NCBI RefSeq assembly: GCF_032062105.1
Contig: NW_026938254.1
Coordinates: forward strand, 310,001-374,000
DNA: 64,000 nt
DNA from: Saccostrea cucullata
Taxonomy: Eukaryota
Direction: 5' to 3'
This document shows, piece by piece, positions 1-12,774 of this stretch (position 1 is its first letter; each line of letters starts with the position of its first letter). The notes under the pieces were generated by a model that worked only from the letters and a program-made list of their open reading frames with translations, did not search any database and was not told the DNA's origin. A program made the position numbers and the translations under genes.

Positions 1-905
1 GTTCAGCTCAAAATTCAAAGGAACTGTTCAAGATATTTTTACATATTGACGAGAACTATTCTACTTCATCAATAGTGTTTGACCTTGACCTTTCAATATT
101 TGACTTTGACCTTTCTTTTGAAATTTTCTTCATTTTTCTTAAATTTGTGATTAGCTTAGCTAAGATTCAAAGACACTTTTCAAAATATTTTTATCGAAAT
201 TTATACGCTGATAAATATTGATGAAATCCGTTTCACTGCCTCAACATCTTTTAACCTTGACCTTTTTTTTGACCTAACATGATATAAAGTACATGGTAAT
301 CTCAATTTCAACTTAGGATATTTTAATCAAATCTTACATGCTTATATACATTTTGGCTAGAGCTATTAAACTGAATCGACTTTTTTTTTTTACCTTAGCC
401 TTTCTTTGACCTTGACCTCACATATCTTTTAAAATGATATCGAGATCATCAAGTTTAAAGAAACTATCCAACTTGAAGGTATTTCATCCAACTTCATTCA
501 CTGATTTTCATTATTGAGGAACCCTGGACGGGACATCCATGTCCTATGGACATATTATTAATTATATACCGAAACTTATATCTTTAAAAATGATAATTTC
601 AGTGATTTGGGGCTTTTATTTCAATGAGTCGACACTGAAAACATGCAGTTATATATGTTCAACCATAGACGTTTGCACAAACATGTGCAAAAGGATTGGC
701 CTACATGTATCACAGAAACAAATATTTATGCAATTTATTTAAGTATTTACATGTATTATTACTTGTTTTAAAACTCATTTATATTTAAAATTTTCTCTCT
801 TTAGTTCATTTGGAGTCAATGAAGTCACCTGCATAAAAAGAAAGACAACTCTATTTGAAGCACGAGAGTGTACTTTCATTTTGACAACACGGTCATGTGT
901 CAGAC

Positions 906-2987
906 ATGGCTGTGCCATTCTTCAATGACACACGGTATTTTAGCTTTAGTGTAAAACTTCTGTTATCGGAATGTGAAGACGCAGCGAAACCTCCAGAAAA
1001 CACCCAGGATATTGCTTCTGAATGGAGTCTCGGGGCAGAGATATCCTCGTGGTTGAGGAAAAACATTTTTTATAACGAGAAAGTGAAAGTTGATACCTCA
1101 TGTTCGCTGATCAGAAGCTACCAAGGAGAGCTGGACATATATAGTGGATTTATTCTTGCGTGCATTTTTGTAATTTTCTTCACGTTAGTGCTGCCCTTAA
1201 CTTTCGTCAAGATTTTGGATTTCTTTGATAAGAAGTCGTGGAGATTGTTAACAGAACAGATAACTAGGCCTAGTAAAGACGATGATTCCATTTCTGAAGA
1301 CTTGGATGCTAATGAATACAATGAAACAGCTGCAACAAAACCCACATCACGGGAATTTATTCCTCTCTCTCACACTGCTTCTTACTCTGGGAATACATTT
1401 ACCCCCAGCTGTGACCTCCCATCATTCCTGAGGCGGACCGTGGATTGTCTGTTCCAAGAGCTTGACAAACTCTTGATAGGAAGGAATCCGCCTCAACAAG
1501 AAGGTCCTCTACACAGTACGGTGACTTCTTCCGTCCGTCTACCACGCCGAGCCTTACCTAGAGCCAGCGGAAGGCAGAACAGTTCCCCTACATTGTCCTC
1601 ACAGAACAACGAGGATGATACTGAAGCTCTCGCCTACAGAGAGTTCCTACATAATATAGTATACAACGGCACTTGTACTCAGATGATTGACATCCCAGAA
1701 TCTGTCCAACGGCCACTGCAAGGAAAAGGTAGAAAATTGATGGACTTCTACCTCAATTGCTGTATGGTCAGCTTTGAGGAGGTTTGTGTGTCAAACTTAA
1801 TAGTTAAATATACCATTCACCTTATAGACAAAGTTCTTAAAACAATGAAGCCATATAATGGTATCAGATATATACAGTGTTGTCCAACCGGAAGCATGCT
1901 GAAAGGCACAAAGGTTGGGGCTGCAAATCAAAGTGACTATTTCTTTGTATTCCAATGTACAGAGTTTGGACTGTCGTCTTTTATTGATCACAGTATAAAT
2001 TCAGATATCCCACCTGGTAAACTTGTGTTAATTGTTGCAGAAAGTGAAAACACTGAAGAGGACCCATCGAAGCTTCTTAAACCATTTCAAAATAGAAGGT
2101 GCATTTCCCCTCAAGAGTTCCTCAACTCCGTGTGTGAACTGACTGACATCGCATTACAAAAACTGTACAAAGAGGGAAGACCAATGATTGACCGCTTACC
2201 CTTCAGAATTCAGAGGACCACTAGCCCTGGCTTAAACCTGTCTCTCGATACAAGGAACGTCATCGGATTCCATAACCCTGATATTAGAATCCAGCTGATT
2301 CCCTCCCTACTGTTAAGTTCAAACAAGTGGATCAACCCAGTGAATCTCTATGCTGTTCCCACTTGGTCAAACATAGACTTAAAATGCAAAGTGACCCCAA
2401 GAGATCGATACAGCACCTACCCACCACAAGCCAGCACAACTCACGATGTCTTCTGGAGCATGTCTTTTGGTGAGCTAGAACATTTATTTCTCAACAAGGT
2501 GGATCAGAAATGTTATTATAATGGGGTCTATGGGTGTCATAGAATTGTTATTCAGATTTTGAAATTTTTGTTTGCTCCACAGTCCAAGAAGACATTGCTA
2601 AGTAGGGGAGAAGTGACATCATATATGATAGAAACAATTGTGAGTTACATGTTAGTAGACAGTAAAGCTGAACAGTGGGGAATAGATAGCCTCTCTGATC
2701 GTGTATCTGATGCTGTAAACTTTCTGAAGAGAGCCCTTCAAAATGGCCGCCTTCCCAACTTCTTTATCAACAATCCACACCTCACTGGCGAGTCTGAATT
2801 TCTGAGACAAATCAAACTTTTGTCTCCTGGGAGACAAGACAACTTGCTAGGAAACGTGAACACAGACACACTGGGTAAAATGATGAACTTTGTGAACAGC
2901 AGATTAGCGGAATTTGGTCTGGAAAACTGTGTCAAATCGGAGTACTCAGAAGACATGTGGGAATACGAATATTTTGTGTTTTTGTGA
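906..2987 (+). CDS. Mab-21/cGAS-fold nucleotidyltransferase-like protein with N-terminal transmembrane helix (ITPRIP/MiD-like, probably catalytically degenerate); intronless CDS
   Basis: The ORF track starts at a GTG (897); the first ATG is at 906 (693 aa). It has a hydrophobic segment IYSGFILACIFVIFFTLVLPLTFV and an NTase-like motif TGSMLKGTKVGAANQSDYFFVF. C-terminal Mab-21 features are WSMSFGELE, VTSYMIETIV and LQNGRLPNFFINN. AATAAA lies near 3136. Confidence 0.8.
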   Translation: MAVPFFNDTRYFSFSVKLLLSECEDAAKPPENTQDIASEWSLGAEISSWLRKNIFYNEKVKVDTSCSLIRSYQGELDIYSGFILACIFVIFFTLVLPLTFVKILDFFDKKSWRLLTEQITRPSKDDDSISEDLDANEYNETAATKPTSREFIPLSHTASYSGNTFTPSCDLPSFLRRTVDCLFQELDKLLIGRNPPQQEGPLHSTVTSSVRLPRRALPRASGRQNSSPTLSSQNNEDDTEALAYREFLHNIVYNGTCTQMIDIPESVQRPLQGKGRKLMDFYLNCCMVSFEEVCVSNLIVKYTIHLIDKVLKTMKPYNGIRYIQCCPTGSMLKGTKVGAANQSDYFFVFQCTEFGLSSFIDHSINSDIPPGKLVLIVAESENTEEDPSKLLKPFQNRRCISPQEFLNSVCELTDIALQKLYKEGRPMIDRLPFRIQRTTSPGLNLSLDTRNVIGFHNPDIRIQLIPSLLLSSNKWINPVNLYAVPTWSNIDLKCKVTPRDRYSTYPPQASTTHDVFWSMSFGELEHLFLNKVDQKCYYNGVYGCHRIVIQILKFLFAPQSKKTLLSRGEVTSYMIETIVSYMLVDSKAEQWGIDSLSDRVSDAVNFLKRALQNGRLPNFFINNPHLTGESEFLRQIKLLSPGRQDNLLGNVNTDTLGKMMNFVNSRLAEFGLENCVKSEYSEDMWEYEYFVFL

Positions 2988-4302
2988 GTCGATCAACTTT
3001 AAAAAATAATTTGCTTTTAAATTATTTTTTGCTATTTTTTGTACAAGATCTGATATTTATTTATTGCATTTATTGCCTTTTGTGTTCAATATTGTCAAGA
3101 TTATGTTTTGGTGAACGGTGATATCGGTTAAATTAAATAAACACACTTCTTATATTCACTTGTTCATGTGTTTATAAAAAGGGCACCGATGTTAGCGTTT
3201 TAATACTGTTCTTATTGCTAACACTCCACACAACGCTTACCAAACTGACAACACTAAATACTGTAGATCTGGCTTGTGTGTTTTTGTTTTCCTTGCTTTA
3301 TTATATCTTCAATATTTTTTATCATTACTGTTCAGATTTCCGACTTTCTTTGAAAAAGGAAAATAGTTCATTAAAATGCAAGGATACTTACACCCCAACA
3401 AGCCCGATTTTCTTAGTTTTTTTTTTATTATAATTTTGAGATGGAAATTTTCAAACAGGTTTGTATAATTCATGTGTTTTGGTCTGAAACGCTCTTGCAA
3501 TACCGGTATGCAATTCTTCCAAAAATTCTTCCGAAAATGTTGAGAGTTATAAATTTTAATTTTGAATACATGCCCCTTAAATATTGGTTCTTCAGATAAG
3601 ATGCTTGCTGCTGCTCATATTGCTACAAATCTAAATGACGGCAGGAAATGACCATATATATAAACTGGGCAGTTTGAGTAATACCATTTCTCGGTGCTGG
3701 TCGTTTTTATTGTCCTATTATGCCTTCATACCTCCGTATTATCAATAATTCACAACAAAGCTACTTTCGGTGAGCAATTCACGAATAATATTTCTACAGA
3801 TGTATATAAGTATGTCTGGAATATTGAATATCACAAAAATAGCATAACGATATATGACCAATAATTAGATGGATTGACATTCCTAAAAATGACCAATTTT
3901 CCATTTTTCACTGTTGAAAGGAAACGCCTTCCTCCGAATACACAAAACTTGAAAAATCACTACAAGCAATTGGATTAGGGAATTTAAACTTTACAGCAAT
4001 GTATGAACGTTCACTGATTGGAATAAGGAAACGCTTTGGACTTGAGACGTCAAAAGAACAGTCACAATAACCGAAAAGAAATCTTATTCTGCAATCTTTG
4101 CAATTTTGTCTGGGATTGAATAACACTTTTTTCTGTTCGCCCATTTAATTGTCATTTCTTAAAAGTGTTTTATTGTATTGGACTTTGTGTTCGGTTGAAC
4201 ATTGTGACAGTGTATTTTATTTACGGACAACTTTTACACTGGGATTCAACCGTCTAGATGAAAGAGCAGTAATAGTTGGATATAGGATATTAGACATAAG
4301 AC

Positions 4303-7300
4303 ATGGCGGACGAAGATTCCTACGGCGCCTGGAAGGACAGATGTGATAGATATTTTACCTCCATATCGGAGTCTGAGAGTGTTGGCAATGGGAACTGTGA
4401 AAAGAGTAAAGAGAAGAAAAAATGGAAAACACTTCGTGACGTTACAAGTGACGACTTCACCAATTCTACTTCTAATTTCGAGATAGCAAGGCACTGGTTT
4501 TCCGCTATAGACATCCACGGATTCGGGTTAGCTGGAGCATCAGCTAATGTTTTAGAATCCATCATCTGGATCATTGTACCGTGTGTGGCTTTAGGTGGAT
4601 TTGTGTTTTTCGTGTATCTCAATTTTTCTGTGTATCTACAACAACTCTCCAGCTATAAGATTGAATCCTCATACAACAGACCGTCTGACCCGGTTTATGT
4701 AACCGTGTGCAACAAAAACAAGCTGCGATTCTCAGTGGTTGCATCTTCTTTTGGAAGGTTTCGCAACCTGATTGCTCTTTCAGCGCCTGCACACATGTTG
4801 ATCCCATCCTCAAACAAAAATGGAGTCGAAGCAGTCAAGTTCACTCCATTTTATTCTTTTGCCCAAACCTTGCTGGACAAAGACAAGCTTGATAAATTAA
4901 TAGCGGAGGCCGATGCCTTTTTTCTGCCCTTTTCCTCCATGACCTCCCCGAATGACTGGGATAACGCATATAAAGCTAGCCTGAAGTACGGATTCTGGGT
5001 TCTTCAGAGAGCTGCGAGTCCAAGCAAAGAGGAATATTTGAAATACGGTCATCAAACGAATGAAACTATAGTTCAATGTTTGTGTGACAAAAGACCTTGC
5101 AAGGAGTAAGTAAATGTCATTTGAAAATGATTGAACCGAAGTAAAATTATCTTTTTACTCCTGGATTCAGTTGTCGCAAAATATTTGAATATAGAAATTT
5201 TTGCCATAGGGAATAACCCTCCTCTAAATTTTACAAGAAAAACGAGAACATTTTATGAAGCACTATGGAGAGTAGCAAATAATACCCCTTCTTTATTATT
5301 ATTTTTTATTCAAATAACACTTACCTTCATTTGGAGATGGATTTTCGTTTTTATTCTCGCAAAAAAGTAAAAAATCAAAAATAGTATTATCAGGAAGAAA
5401 TCGGCCATTTTAGGGTGTGTGGGATGTTTATAAGGTCACATCTAGATGCGATTCTTCTACATCCGCCACTTTACTTTTTACAATAGCTAGTCTAGTTCCA
5501 GCTCTTTTACATGAGGATTTACACAGAGGAACGATAACTGAATGAAAGACCCCTTTTATTTCAATTCATCTGAATTATTTTTACAATGACTGACAAACGC
5601 ATTACTCAGTATCTCACATTATTAATATGTTTAGAAAGTATCAAAGACTACTCTTAATATTGTCACTTTCATTGGACATGGAGGACACAAATCAGTTCCT
5701 TTTTTTCTTTTATTTTTATGGGAAAAAAACATTTCTAGTGCACTCTATCTCTTTCTCACACGTTTAATGAAGATTCGTTGAAAGAACGGTATACATGAAA
5801 CATGCATGCTAAAATTTTGCAATACTTATAGTCCACTAAAAATTATGCCATGCATTGAAAGCATTAAAAAATCAAAATAAAATGTAAATGCGTATTTTCT
5901 TGGTACTTGAACGATGAAATATAACAAAGAATATTACACAATGAAGTGTATTGCGCAAAAACACCGCCGTCGAATTATGTAATATTTTCCTTGTTCTCAG
6001 AGTTGGTCTTTGTAAGATACAAAAATTAATATAGCTTTCTTACATGGACCTTTATTTGTTTTGGTGAGCGTTTTTATCAGCCATAAATATTGATCAGTAC
6101 ACCAAATCAGTCTAAGCTGTTGTTGAACTTCTTGAGTGAAGTAATATCGCCCCGTGTACAGACATACTGAATAGACCTACCGATTTTTCGCCCCTTTAAT
6201 ACCTGGTTATTTAACATCATTACGTCTTTCTTTTCCATTTTCACTCTCAAGTATTAGTTAGTAACAAATGTACTCTACAAACTCCAGTATTAAGTATTTG
6301 ACAGTTATCAACAGAAGGTCGATATATGATTAACGCGTTTTTTTTCCGTTGGAGGTTGGGGATGGGGGGCATACCCACTTAAAAGTCAGAAAGACTTTTT
6401 CATAGAGAGGATTTATATAGGCTGTGCCTGCTGTCCAATCCTTTTATGTTTAAACATATAATAAAATATTGTTTAAATTAAGAAGTCGGAAACTCGAAAA
6501 TTGTTTGACACGCCAATAACATATAAACAACCAACAAATTGTGCTCACTCCCAAAAAGAATTAAAGGAAGAATTCCTTCCCTTAGATATTAAATGCATTA
6601 CCCTTAACTATGTAATAGCCAATTTACATTATACTAGTATGTGAAGTAAAGTATATTTTTTCCATATATTGTCTTAATGGACGTTTTTAGGTCTGTGATT
6701 TTTAGTTACCCCCCCCCCCCCCCCGCTTGAAAAGTGGGAAGTGATCGCGATGTCCATCCGTCTGCACATTTGCCGTCTGTCTGTACGTTCATCCTTCAAC
6801 AGTTTAAAACAATTGACCTGTGATTAGCATTTGAACTTGAAACTTTGCAACAGCACACCCCCCCCGTTGATATTTTGCAAATCTGTTCAATTTACATTTT
6901 ATGCAATATATGTATTGAAAGAACAAATAGTGAGTCATCCAAACAACTTTTCGTTTTCAAAGTAGCTACACGGGAACAATATTTACAGGGATATTTCAGC
7001 AAGGCCTAGCTTCCCCAGTTACGAATCATTTTCTCCATTTCCGGGTCATGTGACTTCACGGTCGTGTAAATATTCATGGAATGTTTCGGAACGCAATTTT
7101 TCTGATGTTGAAACATAAAACAATTCATGCAGCTTGGAAAAAAGTAAAACAATCACAGAAATATGTTTAAATTATTTTTAAAACAATTACAACAAAACAA
7201 ATTGCAGTATGCAGAATGTAAAACAATGTATTAGGATTAAAAATAAATACAATTAAATTCATTTATTTAAAAGATGCATTTGAAGGTTTAACTCGATTTT

Positions 7301-10300
7301 AATTTTTAGAAAAAATATTTTCCAGTTAGAATACTTTTGAAAATCAAGGTAAATACATGGTTGTCGATTGGTTTTGTACATAGAATTTTAAGATGTTCAT
7401 GCCACGAGATTGAGTGACCCGCAATTGGAGAAACTACTACAATTTGATTTAATAATCATTATAATTTTATTTGAGCAGCGATCATAATGATTGATTTCTG
7501 AGTTAAAACTAAATGCATTTGTCATACTTTCGAGCTCTTATTATTTATCTAGAACTTTTATATCAGCCTTTCTGCAGCGAACTAAAACGAAAGTAGCCCG
7601 TCACCGCAGCAATAACATCCAAGTCTTTAATGAGTGCGTTTCAGAATTTCGATTGTCGGAAAAGTTGATATTCAAAATTTTGTATTAATTACAAACAGAA
7701 AGACCAGTTCTTCACGACCAGCATATTCATTAAGCTTTTTGCGCTTAAATTTTAACACTAGGCACACAGTTAAAAAGATGTATCATTGTTTTAGTCTATT
7801 TCTTGACAATTTTTTGAAATCAGACCAAAACTGTAGGAGTAGTATTTTGAAATATTTCAAAGAAATTTCTATTTTAATAACCATAGCAAGACCCTTCATC
7901 GAAATCAAAAACCGATAAACAGAATCATGTACCTTAGTGCAGTCTACTTGTGTGCCAAGTTTTATTGAAATCGGACCAAAACTCTAAGAGGAGTAGCATT
8001 TTGAAAATATTTCAAAGAAATTTCTATTTTTAGTGCATTTTGAAAATATTTCAAAGAAATTTCTATTTTTAGTAACCATGGCAACACTGTTCATCGAAAT
8101 TAAAAACCAATAAAGTGAATTATGTATCTTAGTATAGTCTACTAGTGTGCCAATTTATATTGAAATGAGACCAAAACTGTAGGAGGAGTAGCATTTTGAA
8201 AAGTTTAAAGAAATTTCTATTTTTAGTAAGCGTGGCAACAACGTTCATCAAAATCAAATTTTGATACAACAGAATTATGTATCTTAGTGTAGTGTACTTG
8301 TGTGCCAAGTTATATTGAAATCGGACCAAAACTGTTAGAGGAGTAGCATTTTGAAAAATTGTTTACAGACGGACAGACAGCTAGAAAGGCAAACAGATGG
8401 AGGACGGACACATTATGATTACTATCGCATAAGCTCTTCTGGTCTTCGACCTGTAGAGCTAAAAATTTAATTCCATACAGTGATGTCAATGTTTTCCAAA
8501 ACCATCTTGCTTTTCTTTATACTGATAATATTACATCTATATTTTCAGGGTCATTGAAGAGATTGTTGATGAAAATTATGGAAGATGTTTCACAATTCCA
8601 TCTCCTACAATAAGACCTCTAGGTATGCAGGACAGATACCAGTTTCTCATATATTTTATTGATGACCCCATATTCAATTAACAATGCAAAACAGGTGTTT
8701 CATGGTACATGTACAAGTACTTTTTCACATATTAATACAAACATTCATTTAAATATTTTTTTTACTATTACAAGTACATGTATTTTACTTACTATAACAA
8801 AAAAATATGTCTCTTTTATAATATACAGTTATTTTTTTCATTCTCATATTATTATGCAATGTAAAAAAAAAAAAAATTCGGTTTTAAATAGGGCTGTATC
8901 AATATATCAATATATCGATACGTATCGATATTCAAGAATAATATTGTATCGAAAAATTACTTTCAATACGTATTGGACAAGCAGTTTTTCTTCTAATTAT
9001 ACTAAAAAGATGGGAATTTTAATCAACAAAGATTATATTTCACTTTTTTGAATCAAAACTGATCAATAATTATAGAATTATAAAGGAAATAACACAGTTT
9101 TTATAGTCATTATAAAATACATAACAATTTTATTTTGACATGTTGATTTTACAGTCATTAAAAGTTTCGATTGGAAGTGTTTTATCTAATGACAATGGGA
9201 TAAGAACTTTGAAATGGGTAATAAAACACTAAATTTTTTATGAAATCCATGCATTAAATGAGTAATAAGCCTTTTTTGATGGACTTGTTTTAGAATCCAA
9301 TATATCGCATATTGCTTTAAAAAATTTTTTGCTCAATACACAGCCCTAGTTTTAAACAAAACAGTGTTTAATTTAAAAAGTCAGTAATTCACACACTTGA
9401 TTGACAATGACCAAATGCCTTTTTTCTGCAGGTGAACTTGAATTAAGACTTAACATTGAGTCAGATGAGTATATTGATGTACTGAGTCCAGAACAAGGCG
9501 CTATTATATTCCTCCATACACAGAAAGATGACATCACAGAAGGATCGCGGCATTCTGTGGCTCCTGGATCACATAACGTCATTGACCTGCAAAATGTGGT
9601 AGGTAAAAATAATAGTGATGCTTTTATTCCAGTAATTTCAAAAATGAATGTGCAAGACCAATTTAAACCATAAACTCTTTACTATAAAAAAAAAAAATAC
9701 TGAAAGTACTTTTTCATAATTACATGTATATTATCTGATTTCAAAATGTTATTTCTTGTTTCAGGTAACGCTTCACATATCCGGACATCCGGATTTCTGT
9801 ATATTATCTGATGTCATTTTCTCTTTCACGTTATAAACAGATTGTCAGAACAAAACAAAGTGGATGTACAAATGCACAGCAATACAACAAGCAGGTAAAG
9901 CTTTTTTTCTGTTCAAAACCCATTTCTCTTAAAATATTATTTTCCAAGAAGGATGGAAGGTAAAGTCTCTCTTTCTCACATGTTTTTTGTCAAGAAAGAA
10001 ATAGATTCAATTTTTTCTTTCAGAAATGCATGACTAGGTGTATTGACAATTTCTCCCAAATCTATTGTGAATGTCGACAGTCTTTCGAGATGAACAATAC
10101 ACAGAAATGTCGTCTCAACGTGCAGTTTGAATGTAAAGAGTTATGCAACAGTATTATTATTTGATTTTTTACAAATTAAAACAGTTTCATTTTTGCTGAA
10201 ATGTTGTACGTACAGCCTATTACTACATATTTTAATTTGTATACAGTCCTGTGTTATTTTGTCCTCTCAAATCTGGCCTTGGAAGGAAAGCTGCCATGCT

Positions 10301-12238
10301 CCTGCCCCAGTCCATGCAGGTAAATCAGAGAAAATTTAATAACAAAAAATAAAGGAGAAACTGGCAAAAGGTTTTTGTTGCTAGTTAGTACAGAAAACAT
10401 CCATTTAAGCCTCAAACTAAAGTCTAATATTTCAGCACTACGACTTTGGAGTCTCGAGATACGTCCCTACCCTGGCCGTCCGAGGGGAATCTGAAGCATG
10501 AACAAAACTACTTACAGACACAGGGACTAGTCAGGACTGCCAGTCAAATAAGGTCAGACCATCTCTCATACCTCATACTGTCCCATTAAGACAAGGTTTA
10601 ACACAGGTAATCAGAGACTATAGAGCTCACCTCAGTGAATGTTGTCTTTGAGGAAGGCAGTCTCTAAAATAGTAATGTACATCCCAGATGCAACATTTAT
10701 GCAATTTTGATCTGATAGGACTTGCAGTACTTGGGAATGGACTCATCCAAAAATTTAAAATAATTTCACTCATCCAAAAAATGTAATTCAAATCCAGCAT
10801 CTGAAGCGAGTTTAATAGTGTTCATCTCTTGATGCATCACCCATGCAAGTTTGGTTAATATGGGCCTTAGTTTCTGGGTACTGAACCTGATCAGTAAAAC
10901 TCTAACTTGGTCACTTATCCAGAAAGTTTAGGTCACATCCAGCATCCGAAGCAAGCCTGGCAGTGTACATCCTTAAAATATATCATTATCATCCACGCAA
11001 GTTTGGTCAGCATTGGTCTTATAGTTATTTTAGAATAAGACCTGCTCAAAATACTTAAAGCTGCTTCGAACACATTAACATGGTAATTTCTTAGCTAAAA
11101 TTGCAGCATCTGAAACCTTGACTGGTATAGTGAGACACAAGAACTGAGAACTTGTATGTTTTTTCATATGCTACATCTTAAATTTTAAATTTTCCAGATC
11201 TTCTATGGTGAAAGTATCAATTGACATGATGAATGCAAGAGAAACAAGAATAACAGAGAACTCCTCATCGTCTGTGAGTTTTCAAGTAAACCTTCGAATA
11301 ATGTAATGCTACAATGATTGAAGGATTTGAAGCAGAAAGAAATGACAACTTGCTCTAAAATGTAAACATGTTTTGTTGACCTTCCAGTTGCTTCAACTGC
11401 TTGCAAACATTGGAGGTGTGTCCTCTTTACTGATAGGAGTCTCCATCGTCTCTATTCTTGAGGTCATATGGCTATTCTTCCGGGCCTGTATTTTAGGATG
11501 TTTGGACTACTGCAAGAGGTATACCCCAATATATCTAATATTTTGGTAAATGTGGAAAAAAAAACTTTCCGAGGATCACAGCTAGTTAATCAAGTTCCCC
11601 CACATTTACAGGCCTTTTCCCAATCTATATTATGTAGGTTAATTTTTCAGGTTAATAAATACTGGTTTATTTACAGAAGACAGAGCCAGGAGGAGAATGT
11701 GGAGAAGCTCTCTGATTCTGACATCACCTCTGTCACCTGGAAAGCTTATAAAGAGCGTCTCAGACATGAAGCTCAGGTCAAGGATGAGACTATTGGACGT
11801 AAAGGTCTCTGGTCCCAAGAACCAATCAGAAGGAACAGTGGCAGACGACAGTCATTACAGCCAATCCCAGAAGAGACAAAATCTCCAAAAACACCCAGTA
11901 TAAAAATCTCCACACCACATAACAGTGTGTTTACTAAGTACACTCCATATAACAGATTTCCCAGTCAGGTAAGCTTCTTCAACTGCAGCAAAAAGGCAGA
12001 TCAAGTTCAGGGAAATGAATTTCCTTTGTTCCATTCACTGGATCAGACCAATAGACTTCATTCCATGTCTGAAAGCAAGGAGGATCATGGAGCATCTTAC
12101 CTTTCACACAAGGACTGTAATCATGTTAATTTCAGGAATAACCCCGAGAAAGGGAGAATTGTAACACCAGCTGATGCCATTCAAATGTATGGACCATCAG
12201 CAAGGAAGTATTTCATTAGTGAACCATTCAACGTATAG
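4303..12238 (+). CDS. DEG/ENaC (ASIC/FaNaC-family) amiloride-sensitive channel subunit, 10 exons, about 721 aa
   Basis: Exons are 4303-5105, 8549-8622, 9432-9598, 9841-9894, 10024-10132, 10247-10319, 10436-10552, 11198-11273, 11388-11518 and 11677-12238. All introns are GT-AG and phase-consistent (total 2166 nt). Motifs: HG (DIHGFG), TM1, VTVCNKN, YGRCFT, Cys-rich thumb (KCMTRC...CECR...CSCPSPC), LPWPS, and TM2 LLANIGGVSSLLIGVSIVSILE with a GxS filter. Confidence 0.88.
7800..8466 (+). mobile_element. Helentron/HINE-like element with tandem subrepeats in DEG/ENaC intron 1
   Basis: About 4 repeats containing GACCAAAACTGTAGGAGGAGTAGCATTTTG, a (GACA)n tract and a 3' hairpin AGCTCTTCTGGTCTTCGACCTGTAGAGCTAAAAA. 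The left boundary is approximate. Confidence 0.6.
8889..9348. mobile_element. hAT-type MITE in DEG/ENaC intron 2
   Basis: TIR TAGGGCTGT / ACAGCCCTA with 8-bp TSD GTTTTAAA. Confidence 0.85.
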
Positions 12239-12774
12239 AATGTATTGTCAGTGCATTATGAATTTAATAAGGCATGGAGATGATAATTCTGAGGATATGT
12301 TTAGTGTTATTCATCATGATTCATACAAATTTGGTTTTACATTTGGGAATTTTTAAACTGAATTTTCCTTTCTGAACACTCACTCTCTTGTGATATATAG
12401 CTCATTTTGATGTTTTGTTAGACATGAGATAAAATTTGGATTTGTGTGTATCCTCTGTAATTAATTTTGATGTACAATAAATGTATTCTCATAATTTGCT
12501 GTAAATACTGAATGACTGAATGTGTCTAAATGTAGAGAATATTTTGTGATAAAACTGATGCACAGATATTCTGAATACAGCAAAACATGTAATCTGCCAG
12601 ATTTAAGCTGAAGACATTCTAGAGAATTTGCTGAATCAAAGGCTATAAAGTTTTCTATTTCTGTATAATACTCTTGTACAATTTACCTCTATTAAATCCA
12701 TCCCACTTCATGTAGAGGAATCCTGTTAAGTTTTTATGATGGCCCTGTAACCTCTCTTTTCTGTCCGCACTGCA

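Noticed and set aside
9765-9798. Extra DEG/ENaC exon after TTTCAG at 9764
   Set aside because: It would need a 42-nt intron and breaks phase with downstream exons; the model is in frame without it.
11468-11676. N-terminal part of the 256-aa ORF as a separate gene
   Set aside because: It is read-through of intron and alternative-frame exon sequence; only 11677-12238 is the channel's last exon.
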